Part shown: piece after piece, positions 19,263-28,378 of the stretch
How positions within the stretch are numbered: the first letter of the stretch is position 1
Layout: each line of letters opens with the position of its first letter
Origin: Candidatus Fervidifonticultor sextus
GTDB lineage: Bacteria; Sysuimicrobiota; Sysuimicrobiia; Sysuimicrobiales; Humicultoraceae
Direction: 5' to 3'
Assembly: GCA_031459875.1 (NCBI GenBank)
Contig: JAVKHQ010000012.1
Coordinates: 1-64,000, forward strand
Length of the DNA stretch: 64,000 nt
Notes under the pieces: generated by a model
Databases searched by the model: none
Told to the model about the DNA's origin: nothing
The model's input: only the letters and a program-made list of their open reading frames with translations
Translations under genes and position numbers: made by a program

Positions 19263-20827
19263 TGGACGAGGCCGCCCCCGGGCCGATCGCGTGGCCCGCG
19301 CTGGACGTGGAGATCCCCCCGACCTCGCCGGAGGCGGTGGCCGTGCCGCCCATGCCGCGGTGGCTGGATCTGGCCCAGAGCAACCGTGCGGGCCTGGACG
19401 CCGAGTCCGCCGACATCGCCGGGATGCCGCTCGCCGACCTGCGGCGTCAGGCCCGCGCCCAGGCCGCTGCCGCCGCGGCCGCCTACACCCGCGGTCTGGG
19501 CCTCGAGGTCGCCGGGGGGCGCCCCGATCTCCTGCTGTGCACCGGGCACCAGCCGACGCTCGTCCATCCGGGCATCTGGATCAAGTACCTGGCCCTCTCC
19601 CGTCTGGTGCCCCCCGGCGGGATCGGCCTCAGTCTCATCGTGGACAGCGACGCCGCCGACGAGATCTCAGCCGAGGTCCCGCGGGCCGACGGGCGGCTGC
19701 GCCGCGAACGGGTCGTCCTGGCCAGGGGCGGGCCGGAGGTGCCTGCCGAGCTCATCCCCGCCCCGACCGATGGAGACTGGCGGGCGTTCGTAGCCGAGGT
19801 CGACGCCCACCTCCAGACGCTCCAGGAGCCTGAGGTGGTCGCGGCTTGGGCGCGGGTGCGGGCGCTGCCACCGCCGCCGCGCGGCGCCGGCCTCTCCGGC
19901 GCGGTCACCTGGCTGCGGCGTACGCTGGAAGGGCGGCGGCCCTACCTCGACCTGCCGGTGTCGCAGGTCGCCGGCCTGCCCGCCTTCAGGCGGTTCGCCC
20001 TGGCGATCCTCGGGGATGCCCGCCGCTTCGCGGACCTCCACAACGTCTGCCTGGCGTCGTACCGGGAGCACTATGGCATCCGCACCGGTGCGCAGCCATT
20101 TCCAGACCTGATCGCAGACGCCGCCCGCGTCGAGGTCCCGTTCTGGTACTTCGCCGACGGCCGCCGGTGGCCGCTCTTCGCCGACGTCCAGCGCGGCCTG
20201 CTCGTCGTCGACGGCCGTCCCGTGGGTGCCCTGCCCGCCGCCGTCGACGACCCGGCCTTCACCGCACTGCCCATCCGGCCGCGGGCGCTGGTGCTCACGG
20301 CGTTCGCCCGCCTTGTGCTGTCCGACCTGTTCATCCACGGCGTGGGCGGCGGCCGATACGACCGAGCGACCGACGCCATCATCCGCGCGTTCTTCGGCGT
20401 CAGGCCGCCGGCCTATGCGGTCGTGACGGCGACGCTGTGGCTGCCGTTCGCCTCCGGCGCGCCGTCTGTCGCGGAACGGGTCCGGCTGCAGCGGCTGCTG
20501 CTGGACCTGCAGCACAATCCCGATCGGTACCTGCCCCAGGATGCGGGGCCGCACCGGGCGCTCGTCGAGGAGAAGTGGGCGCTGATCCGCAAACTGGACC
20601 AGTCCGGCCTGACCCGGCGCGAGCGGCGAGCGGCGACACAGCGCATCCGCGAGATCAACCTGATCCTCCAGGTGGTGGTGGCCGATCAAGTCGCGGAGGT
20701 CCAGGAGGCCCTGCGCGCCCTGGACCGCCGCGATCAGGATGCCGAGGTCACCGGCTACCGCGGCTTTCCGTTCCTGCTCCATCCCGTCGAGTCGGTCGAG
20801 GCGCTGGTCGATGCCCTGGGCCGTTGA
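19262..20827 (+). CDS. Hypothetical protein, possibly distant BshC-like
   Basis: TGATG coupling; TGHQP..HPGIWIK, DSD, IHGVGGGRYD, C-terminal coiled-coil. Confidence 0.7.
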   Translation: MDEAAPGPIAWPALDVEIPPTSPEAVAVPPMPRWLDLAQSNRAGLDAESADIAGMPLADLRRQARAQAAAAAAAYTRGLGLEVAGGRPDLLLCTGHQPTLVHPGIWIKYLALSRLVPPGGIGLSLIVDSDAADEISAEVPRADGRLRRERVVLARGGPEVPAELIPAPTDGDWRAFVAEVDAHLQTLQEPEVVAAWARVRALPPPPRGAGLSGAVTWLRRTLEGRRPYLDLPVSQVAGLPAFRRFALAILGDARRFADLHNVCLASYREHYGIRTGAQPFPDLIADAARVEVPFWYFADGRRWPLFADVQRGLLVVDGRPVGALPAAVDDPAFTALPIRPRALVLTAFARLVLSDLFIHGVGGGRYDRATDAIIRAFFGVRPPAYAVVTATLWLPFASGAPSVAERVRLQRLLLDLQHNPDRYLPQDAGPHRALVEEKWALIRKLDQSGLTRRERRAATQRIREINLILQVVVADQVAEVQEALRALDRRDQDAEVTGYRGFPFLLHPVESVEALVDALGR

Positions 20828-21506
20828 GGTGGACGGGGTCGTCAAGGCCTACGACCACCGGCCGGTGCTCCGCGGGGCCAGTCTCCGCGTGCGGACCGGA
20901 CAGACCGTGGCGGTGCTGGGCGCCAATGGATCCGGCAAGACCACGCTGCTGCGCCTGGTGGCCACGCTCTCTTCGCCGACCCGCGGCACGATCCGGCTCT
21001 TCGGCCGCCCGGCGGCGCCGCTGCCTGAGGTGCGGCGGCGGATCGGGCTGGTGCCGCACGAGTCGCTGCTCTACGACAGCCTGACCGTGGAGGAGAACCT
21101 GCGCTTCTTCGCAGGGCTGTACGGACTCCCCCGCCGACGGGTGGACGACCTGCTGGACCGCACGGCCCTGCGGCCCCTGGCCGGCCGCCGGGCGCGCGTG
21201 CTCTCCCGTGGCCAGCGGCAGCAGGTCAACCTGGCCCGCGCGTTGCTGCACGACCCCGAGTTACTGATCCTCGACGAGCCGTACACCGGGCTGGATCTGG
21301 GGGCCGCCGACCGCCTGACCGCGATGCTGCGGGATGCGGTGGGGCTGGGGCGAACGGTGCTCCTCACGACGCACGACCTGGCCCAGGCGCAGGACCTGAC
21401 AGCTGGCATCGCGGTGCTGCTCGACGGGCGCCTGACCGAGGTCATGCCCGCCGACAGCCTGGACGAGGGTCGCCTGGCGGCCTGGTTCCGCGAAGGCCGA
21501 CGATGA
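20811..21506 (+). CDS. ccmA: Heme exporter ATP-binding protein
   Basis: GANGSGKTT, LSRGQ, ILDEPYTGLD; ccm context. Confidence 0.88.
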   Translation: MPWAVEVDGVVKAYDHRPVLRGASLRVRTGQTVAVLGANGSGKTTLLRLVATLSSPTRGTIRLFGRPAAPLPEVRRRIGLVPHESLLYDSLTVEENLRFFAGLYGLPRRRVDDLLDRTALRPLAGRRARVLSRGQRQQVNLARALLHDPELLILDEPYTGLDLGAADRLTAMLRDAVGLGRTVLLTTHDLAQAQDLTAGIAVLLDGRLTEVMPADSLDEGRLAAWFREGRR

Positions 21507-22150
21507 GGGCCATCTGGCTGCTGGTCAGCAAGGATCTGCGTCTGGAGTGGCGGACGCGCGAGATCGTGACCACGGTGGGCCTGCTGGCGCTGCTGCTGGT
21601 CATCGTGCTCGGGGCCGCCCGGCCCGACCCCGAAGGCGCGCCCGCCGCCATGTGGGTGACCTACGCGTTTGCGGCCACGCTAGGCTTCACGCGGACCTTC
21701 GCCCTGGAGCGCGACCACCTGACCGGGCTGCGGCTGGCGCCGATCGATCGCGGCGCCATCTACGCCGCGAAGGCGCTGGCCAACTGGGTGATGCTCGCCG
21801 TCGTCCAGGCGGTCTCGCTCCCGGTCTTCGGCGCGCTCTTCACCGAGGCGATCTGGGCCCGCGTGCCTGCCCTCGCCCTGCCCATGGTCCTCGGGGGCGT
21901 CGGGCTGGCAGCCATCGGCACGCTCTTCGGCGGGCTGATCGTCCAGACGCGGCTGCGCGAGGCGCTGCTGCCGATCCTGATGCTGCCGGTGGCGCTGCCG
22001 CTGCTCATCGCGGCCACGAGCGCCACGGCCGCGATTCTCGATGGGGAGGCCATCGCGGCCGTCGGCGCGCAATTGCAGTTGCTGGGGGCCTTTGATATAG
22101 TGTTTATCACCACCAGCGTGGTGCTTTTCGACGTGGTCCTGGAGGAGTGA
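21503..22150 (+). CDS. ccmB: Heme exporter permease
   Basis: KDLRLEWR, LLPILMLP, several TM segments. Confidence 0.9.
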   Translation: MRAIWLLVSKDLRLEWRTREIVTTVGLLALLLVIVLGAARPDPEGAPAAMWVTYAFAATLGFTRTFALERDHLTGLRLAPIDRGAIYAAKALANWVMLAVVQAVSLPVFGALFTEAIWARVPALALPMVLGGVGLAAIGTLFGGLIVQTRLREALLPILMLPVALPLLIAATSATAAILDGEAIAAVGAQLQLLGAFDIVFITTSVVLFDVVLEE

Positions 22151-22162
22151 CGCCTGCCCGCC

Positions 22163-22822
22163 GTGATTCGTCCACTCCTGGTCGTCGCCACGGGCCTCAT
22201 GCTGGTCGGCGCGGCGTGGGCGCTGCTGGTGGCACCCGAAGAGGCGTTTCAGGGAGTCCCCCAGCGGATCATGTACATCCATGTGCCCAGCGTCATCACC
22301 GCCTACGCAGCCCTCGCCGTGGTGTTCGTCGGCAGCGTGCTCTTCCTCTGGCGGCGCGATGCCCGCTGGGATCACCTCGCCCACGCCGCGGCCGAGCTGG
22401 CGGTGCTGTTCATCTCGATGACGTTGATCTCGGGTGCCATCTGGGGCAAGCCGGTGTGGGGCACCTGGTGGACCTGGGATGCCCGGCTGACGACCACGCT
22501 GATCCTGTGGTTCATCTACGTGGGCTACCTGATCGTGCGCGCGTGGGCCCCGGGCTCCCGCGGCGCGCGAACCGCGGCGGTCATCGGCATCGTGGGTGTG
22601 CTGGACGTCCCGCTCATCCACTGGTCCGCGATTCTGCTGCGCACCCTGCACCCGCAGCCCACCGTGTTGCGGCCTGAAGGGCCGGCGCTGCCCGCCAGCA
22701 TGCTGGTCCCCCTGGTGGTGAACCTCGCTGCCTACCTCCTGATGTTTGTGGCGCTGCTTGCGATCCGGGTGCGTCAGGAGCGCACGCTGACCGCGCTCGT
22801 CGACGCCCTGGAGGGAGCCTAG
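22163..22822 (+). CDS. ccmC: Heme exporter CcmC
   Basis: YIHVP, WGKPVWGTWWTWDARLT (WWD motif), TLHP. Confidence 0.93.
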   Translation: MIRPLLVVATGLMLVGAAWALLVAPEEAFQGVPQRIMYIHVPSVITAYAALAVVFVGSVLFLWRRDARWDHLAHAAAELAVLFISMTLISGAIWGKPVWGTWWTWDARLTTTLILWFIYVGYLIVRAWAPGSRGARTAAVIGIVGVLDVPLIHWSAILLRTLHPQPTVLRPEGPALPASMLVPLVVNLAAYLLMFVALLAIRVRQERTLTALVDALEGA

Positions 22823-22826
22823 CCCG

Positions 22827-22958
22827 GTGGGCTTCGTCGCTGCCGCCTATCTGATCGTCACCGCCCTCTTCGCGGGTTATGCCCTGACGCTGGCTGGCCG
22901 GCAGCGGCTCATCGCGGACCTGGCCGAGGCGGCCGGCCTGGAGGAGGCGCGGCGATGA
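22827..22958 (+). CDS. ccmD: CcmD-like small membrane protein (43 aa)
   Basis: Not in ORF track. MGFVAAAYLIVTALFAGYALTLAGRQR... between ccmC and ccmE. Confidence 0.75.
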   Translation: MGFVAAAYLIVTALFAGYALTLAGRQRLIADLAEAAGLEEARR

Positions 22959-23353
22959 GCGCCACGAAGCGCAAACTGCTGGTCGGCTCGCTGGTCATCG
23001 TCGCGGCACTGGGCTTCGTGGCCTATCAGGGCGTGCGTTCGTCGATGGTCTACTACCTGACCCCGACCGAGTTCAAGAACCGACCGGATCTTGCTCACCA
23101 GAAGGTCCGCATGGCCGGGGAAGTTGTCCCGGGATCGGTGCAGCGGTCGGGAGGGACGGTTCGTTTCACCATTACCGACGGCACCACGCTCTACGCCGTG
23201 TCCTACGGGGGGCCGCTTCCGGACCTCTTCGCCGAAGGCCGACAGGTGCTGGTCGAGGGGCGCCTGGACCGGCAGGGGATGCTGGTGGCCTCGCAGGTGA
23301 TCTCGACGCACCCATCGGAATACCAGGAGAAGCACCCGGACCGGCAACCGTGA
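22955..23353 (+). CDS. ccmE: Heme chaperone CcmE
   Basis: YYLTP, LPDLFAEG, heme motif H-PSE-Y. Confidence 0.92.
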   Translation: MSATKRKLLVGSLVIVAALGFVAYQGVRSSMVYYLTPTEFKNRPDLAHQKVRMAGEVVPGSVQRSGGTVRFTITDGTTLYAVSYGGPLPDLFAEGRQVLVEGRLDRQGMLVASQVISTHPSEYQEKHPDRQP

Positions 23354-23517
23354 CGCCGGGCGTCCTGCTGATCATGGTCGCGATGGTCTGGGCGGTCGTG
23401 CTGGTCGGTCTGCTCAGGCTGCTGGCGGTGATGGAGCGCGTCGAGCGCCTGGCCCCCGACCAGGGGGGGAGGGTGCCCGCCCGCTCGCCGACCGTCGGGG
23501 GGATGCGCCGTGGGTGA
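23350..23517 (+). CDS. Second small single-TM protein (55 aa), CcmD-like
   Basis: Not in ORF track. GTGA overlap with ccmE and overlaps ccmF start; MTPGVLLIMVAMVWAVVLVGLLRLLAVMERVERL... Confidence 0.6.
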   Translation: MTPGVLLIMVAMVWAVVLVGLLRLLAVMERVERLAPDQGGRVPARSPTVGGMRRG

Positions 23518-25516
23518 GATCGGTCGCTTCGCCCTCCAGGCCGGGGTCGTCGTCGCCCTCTACGGCTTGGTCGTGACGGTGCTGGGCATCCGGTGGCATC
23601 ACGGCGGGTTCCTGGAGGCGGGCCGGCGGGCTGCGGTCGTCTGGGCGCTGCTGATGGCGCTGGCCAGTGCCGCGCTGTTCGCCGCCTTCCTGTCCAGGGA
23701 TTTCTCCGTGCGCTTCGTCGCTGCGGCCAGCGAGTCGACCCAGTCGCTGTTCTACACCGTGACGGCGTTCTGGGGCGGGCACGACGGGGCCCTGCTCCTG
23801 TGGGCGCTGATCCTGGCGGGGTACCTGGTGGCCGGGATCCGGAGCCTGCGGCACCATCCCGACTTCCAGGCGCCGGCAGCGGCGACGCTGTTGCTGATCG
23901 CGGCGTTCTTCTCGCTCCTGCTGGCTGCGGCCAGCAACCCCTTTGCGCCCATGATCCCGCCGCCGCCGGACGGACAGGGTCTCAACCCGCTGCTGCGCAA
24001 CCCCTGGATGGCTGCCCACCCGCCGACGCTGTACCTGGGCTTTGTGGGGATGAGCATGCCGTTTGCGGTGGCGGTCGCCGCCCTGGTCACCGGTCGGCTC
24101 GACGACACCTGGATCGTACTGGCGCGACGGTGGGTCGTGGTCGCCTGGATGTTCCTCACGCTGGGCCTGCTCTTTGGGGCGAAGTGGTCGTACGTGGTGC
24201 TGGGGTGGGGAGGGTACTGGGCCTGGGACCCGGTGGAGAACGCGGCCTTCATGCCCTGGCTGACCGCCACGGCGTTCCTGCACTCGATCCAGATTCAGGA
24301 GCGCCGCGGCATGCTGGCCACCTGGAACGTGGCCCTGGTCCTGATCACCTTCGGCCTGACGATCTTCGGGACGTTCCTGGTCCGCAGCGGGGTGCTGTCC
24401 TCGATCCACGCGTTCGCCCAGTCGCCGATCGGTTACCTTTTCCTGGGCTTCCTGGCGGTGCTGCTGGTGGGGTCCTTTGCGCTCCTGGCCTGGCGGTGGG
24501 ACGCCCTCCACAGCCGCGGGACCGTGGAGTCCGTGGTCAGCCGGGAGACCGCGTTCCTCGCCAACAACCTGCTGTTCGTCGTCGCCGCCGTGGTCGTGTT
24601 CCTCGGGACGATTTTCCCGGCCCTCACCGAGGCCTTCCGCGGGGTCAAGATCAACGTGGGGCCCACCTACTTCAATATGGTGATGATCCCCATCGCCGTG
24701 GGCATCCTGCTGCTCATGGGGGTGGGGCCGCTGCTGCCGTGGCGGCGGGCGACCCCCGAGCAGCTCTCCCGCAACTTCATGCTCCCCGGGGCTGGCGCCC
24801 TCCTGGTCGCCCTGGTGCTGGCACTGCTCGGCGTCCGCTCCAGCGGCGCGCTGCTGGTCTTCGCGCTGGCGGCCTTCGTTTTCGGCACCATCGTCCTGGA
24901 GGCGGCCAGGGGGACGGCGGTGCGGATGCGGCGGGGCGAGGGACCGGCTGTGGCCCTGGTCCGTCTGGTGGTCCGCAACCGCCGCCGGTACGGCGGCTAC
25001 ACGGTGCACCTCGGCATCCTGCTCATGCTGGTGGGGATTGCGGGCAGCAGCGCCTTTGCCACGCAGGGGCAGGCCATGGTGCGGCCCGGTGAGCGGTTTT
25101 CCGTGGCCGGCTATACCCTGGAGTACGGCGGCCTCAGCCACTTCGAGCAGCCGGGGATCGACATCACCGAGGCGTCGGTAAGGGTCTGGGCCGGATCGAA
25201 GCCGCTGGGGGTCCTGCGGCCGCAGCGGTTGTTCTACCGCACCGCCGAGCAGCCGATGCACCACGTGGCGATCCGCTCCTCGGTGCGCGAGGACCTTTAC
25301 GTCATCCTCTCGGAGTGGACGCCGGACGGTCGGGCGCTGATCCGCGTGCTCGTCCACCCGCTGGTCTCCTGGTTGTGGGCCGGGGGCGCAGTCGTCGCCC
25401 TGGGCGTGATCCTGGCGGTCCTGCCCGAGACGTGGCGGCGCCTCCACCCCGCCGCCGCCCCGGTGCGTCGGCGTCCGCTGCCGGTCCCCGTCGGCGACTC
25501 CCCCGGGGCGTCGTGA
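23510..25516 (+). CDS. ccmF: Cytochrome c heme lyase CcmF
   Basis: GLNPLL..HPP, WGGYWAWDPVENA, RSG..SIHAF. Confidence 0.96.
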   Translation: MGEIGRFALQAGVVVALYGLVVTVLGIRWHHGGFLEAGRRAAVVWALLMALASAALFAAFLSRDFSVRFVAAASESTQSLFYTVTAFWGGHDGALLLWALILAGYLVAGIRSLRHHPDFQAPAAATLLLIAAFFSLLLAAASNPFAPMIPPPPDGQGLNPLLRNPWMAAHPPTLYLGFVGMSMPFAVAVAALVTGRLDDTWIVLARRWVVVAWMFLTLGLLFGAKWSYVVLGWGGYWAWDPVENAAFMPWLTATAFLHSIQIQERRGMLATWNVALVLITFGLTIFGTFLVRSGVLSSIHAFAQSPIGYLFLGFLAVLLVGSFALLAWRWDALHSRGTVESVVSRETAFLANNLLFVVAAVVVFLGTIFPALTEAFRGVKINVGPTYFNMVMIPIAVGILLLMGVGPLLPWRRATPEQLSRNFMLPGAGALLVALVLALLGVRSSGALLVFALAAFVFGTIVLEAARGTAVRMRRGEGPAVALVRLVVRNRRRYGGYTVHLGILLMLVGIAGSSAFATQGQAMVRPGERFSVAGYTLEYGGLSHFEQPGIDITEASVRVWAGSKPLGVLRPQRLFYRTAEQPMHHVAIRSSVREDLYVILSEWTPDGRALIRVLVHPLVSWLWAGGAVVALGVILAVLPETWRRLHPAAAPVRRRPLPVPVGDSPGAS

Positions 25517-25797
25517 TCGAGGCCGCCTTCTTCGTCGTCGCGGTGCTGGCTGCCCTCTATCTGCTGGCGCCGGCCCTCCGTCCGGGCGAGGTGCCGGCGC
25601 CAGACCCCCGTGCAGCGCTGGAGGCCGCGCGCGACGCCGCGCTGCGTTCGCTCAAGGACCTCGACCTCGACTGGGCCACCGGCAAGCTCTCCGACGAGGA
25701 CTACCGAACCCAGCGTGCGGCGCTGGAGGCCGAGACGGCGGCCATCGTGCGACAGCTGGCGGCGCTGGAGCCCCAGACGCCGGAGGCGGGCGAGTGA
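25513..25797 (+). CDS. CcmI-like small membrane protein
   Basis: N-terminal TM plus LKDLDLDWATGKLSDEDY. Confidence 0.7.
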   Translation: MIEAAFFVVAVLAALYLLAPALRPGEVPAPDPRAALEAARDAALRSLKDLDLDWATGKLSDEDYRTQRAALEAETAAIVRQLAALEPQTPEAGE

Positions 25798-26771
25798 TCC
25801 CCCGCCGGGCACTGGCGCTGGCCGCCTTCCTCGGGGCGCTCCTGGCGGGGGAGATGGGTTCCGCAGACGGCGCCACCCCGGGGCTGCCCCTCGTATCCCC
25901 GGCGCCGGCCGGGCCTGCAGGCGGCGGCATCACCGGCCTGGTGCGCAACGGGACCACCGGGCAGCCGACGCCGGGCGTCCTGATCCAGCTGGTGCTCATC
26001 GGTCCACAGGGGCCCCAGGTCGCCGCCGAGACCCGCAGCGATGCGCGGGGGCAGTTCGCCTTCCGCGGCCTGGTCGACGGCCGGTACCTGCTCCAGGCCC
26101 GCTATCAGGGCGTCTCGTATGCCACACACGCCGTGCTGAGCGGCGGTGCGGCCGCAGATGTCGTCGTGCAGGTCTTCGACGCGTCGCCGAGCGTGCCGTT
26201 GCGCCTCGGGCTGCTGGGCGTGGCCGTCGACGTGCGCGCAGGGTACGTGCGCGTCTCAGAGGTGGCGCACCTGCAGAATCCCACAACCCGGACGCTGCTC
26301 GGCGAGGTCGTCATCCCGCTCCCCCGCGGTGGCCGCTACGTCACCTTCCTGGAGGGGTTCCACCAGCCGCGGGCACGGGACGCGCAGATCGCCGACCGCC
26401 TGATCGTCCGGCCCGGCGGCCACCAGCTGGCCTACGCCTACAGCCTGCCCGGCAGCGGCGAGGTCTCCCTCGACCGCCGGCTGGTGTGGCCGACCGACCG
26501 CGTCGAAGTCTTCGTGACGGCGCCGGCCGAAGCGCGCTCGCCCCGGCTGCAGCCGATGCCGGCGGTGACCAACGAGGAAGGGCGGACCTTTACCCGCGCC
26601 TCCGGCCGCGCGGTGCCCCCGGGCGACCTCCCGATCTCCGTCATCGGTGTCCCGGACGCGCGGCTCTGGACGGCCCCGGCGGCCGCCGGGACGCTGGCGG
26701 TGGTGCTCACCGTGGGGTTGATGTGGGCCATCCGCAGGGCAGGAGTTGTCACCGGCGCGCAGAACCCGTAA
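25794..26771 (+). CDS. Exported protein with carboxypeptidase-regulatory-like domain and C-terminal TM anchor
   Basis: Signal peptide, ITGLVRNGTTG..SDARGQFAF. Confidence 0.75.
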   Translation: MIPRRALALAAFLGALLAGEMGSADGATPGLPLVSPAPAGPAGGGITGLVRNGTTGQPTPGVLIQLVLIGPQGPQVAAETRSDARGQFAFRGLVDGRYLLQARYQGVSYATHAVLSGGAAADVVVQVFDASPSVPLRLGLLGVAVDVRAGYVRVSEVAHLQNPTTRTLLGEVVIPLPRGGRYVTFLEGFHQPRARDAQIADRLIVRPGGHQLAYAYSLPGSGEVSLDRRLVWPTDRVEVFVTAPAEARSPRLQPMPAVTNEEGRTFTRASGRAVPPGDLPISVIGVPDARLWTAPAAAGTLAVVLTVGLMWAIRRAGVVTGAQNP

Positions 26772-26778
26772 TCACGTC

Positions 26779-27684
26779 GTGAGGCTGTGCGGGCCGTCTG
26801 GCACTCTCCGGTCCTTCCTGGTGCTCGTGGCGTTCGCAATGGTGGCAGCCGGCTGTCAGCCGACCCTCAGGGTCCGGGGCCAGGCGGCGACCGTGGGCGC
26901 CGGGCTGCCTCAGGCGCCCGCCGCGAAGGCGCTGGCGCCGACCAACCCGCGGCCGTCGGCCGAGCGCGGACGGGCCGTCTACGAGCGGGCCTGCTGGCCC
27001 TGTCACGGCAACACCGGGTTGGGCGACGGGCCGGCGGCCGCCGGCCTGGTCGCCCCGCACAAGAACCCGATGACCGACTTCTTCGGCATGTTCGGCATCA
27101 AGATCAAGGGCGAAGACCTGCCGTCGCGGCCGGCCAACTTCCACAATCAGGTGGCCATGCGGCTGAATGCGCCGTTCTCGCTGTTCGAGGTGATCAAGCT
27201 GGGGCGTCCCCACACCGCCATGCCGGCCTTCAGTCCCAAGGCGGCCTACGGTGCCAACCGGGGGTTCCCGACGCTGACCGACGCGCAGATCTGGGACGTG
27301 CTCTTCTACGAGTGGACCTTCGCCACGGCCCCGGCCGCCGTGGAGCGGGGCCGGCGGATCGACCAGGAGCAGGCCATCGAGATCGGTGGGCAGTCGACGA
27401 CGTGCGCGGCCTGCCACGGGCCCGCCGGCGACGGCCGGGGCGGCGCCCGCAGCGCCGAGATGGCGGCGCGGGTCTGGGGGTGGGACAAGGGCGTCGGTCC
27501 AGGCATCTTCACCGACGTCAACCGCATGCTGCAGCAAAAGCCCGCAGAACTCTTCCAGCGCATCATCCGCGGCCACGGGCTGATGCCCGCGTACCGCGAT
27601 CTTTTGAGTGAAGACGACGTGTGGGCTCTGGTAGACTATCTGTGGACGTTCGTCTACGACTACCGGCCGGCGCGGGGGCAGTAG
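26779..27684 (+). CDS. Diheme cytochrome c, probable lipoprotein
   Basis: CWPCH, CAACH with distal MP motifs; lipobox-like AAGC; start uncertain. Confidence 0.88.
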   Translation: MRLCGPSGTLRSFLVLVAFAMVAAGCQPTLRVRGQAATVGAGLPQAPAAKALAPTNPRPSAERGRAVYERACWPCHGNTGLGDGPAAAGLVAPHKNPMTDFFGMFGIKIKGEDLPSRPANFHNQVAMRLNAPFSLFEVIKLGRPHTAMPAFSPKAAYGANRGFPTLTDAQIWDVLFYEWTFATAPAAVERGRRIDQEQAIEIGGQSTTCAACHGPAGDGRGGARSAEMAARVWGWDKGVGPGIFTDVNRMLQQKPAELFQRIIRGHGLMPAYRDLLSEDDVWALVDYLWTFVYDYRPARGQ

Positions 27685-27688
27685 GGAG

Positions 27689-28351
27689 ATGGCGCAGGAC
27701 CCAGGGGTGGACCGCAGGCGGTTCTTGAAGATGGCCGCGAGCCTGCCCATCGCCGGAGGCCTGATCGCTTTTGCCTCGCCCCTGCTGCGCTTCCTCAAGC
27801 CCAACGTGGACCCCTTCGCCGTGCTCACCCCCACGGCCGAAGACGTCCCGACGGGGGAGCCGGTGGTGGCGGCCGCGCTGTCCGAGATCCCCAGGCCGTG
27901 GGACTTCAAGTACTTCGTCTTCACCCAGAAATACCCGCAGTACACGCCCGAGGGCTTCAAGACGCAAGCGGTGCCCGGCGTCGTCATCCGGCTGCCGCGG
28001 AAGATCCGCCTCCCGTGGGCGTGGGTGCGCCAGACGGGCGAGACCCCGCAGTTCGAGGAGAGCGAGATCATCGCGTTTTCGCGGATCTGCCCGCACCTCG
28101 GTTGCATCTACAACTACGTGCCGGAGTGGCGGGAAATCACCTCCGGGTACGGCGGCTACGTTCCCGAGCCGAGCCGCCGGCATGCCCTGATGGGCTGCCC
28201 GTGCCACCTGAGCATCTACGACCCGGCGGACCCGGAGCAGCCGGGCCGGGTGCTCTCGGGTCCGGCGCCGCGGCCGCCGCGCACGTTCTTCTACGAGATC
28301 CAGCAGGAGCGGATCCTGGTCAAGCGCGTGGAACCCGGCGGGATCGCCTGA
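27689..28351 (+). CDS. Rieske iron-sulfur protein of Rieske/cyt b complex 1
   Basis: Tat motif DRRRFLK, CPHLGC...CPCHLSIY, GPAPRP. Confidence 0.93.
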   Translation: MAQDPGVDRRRFLKMAASLPIAGGLIAFASPLLRFLKPNVDPFAVLTPTAEDVPTGEPVVAAALSEIPRPWDFKYFVFTQKYPQYTPEGFKTQAVPGVVIRLPRKIRLPWAWVRQTGETPQFEESEIIAFSRICPHLGCIYNYVPEWREITSGYGGYVPEPSRRHALMGCPCHLSIYDPADPEQPGRVLSGPAPRPPRTFFYEIQQERILVKRVEPGGIA

Positions 28352-28378
28352 TGAGGGAGTGGTCGGTCCGGTGATGCG

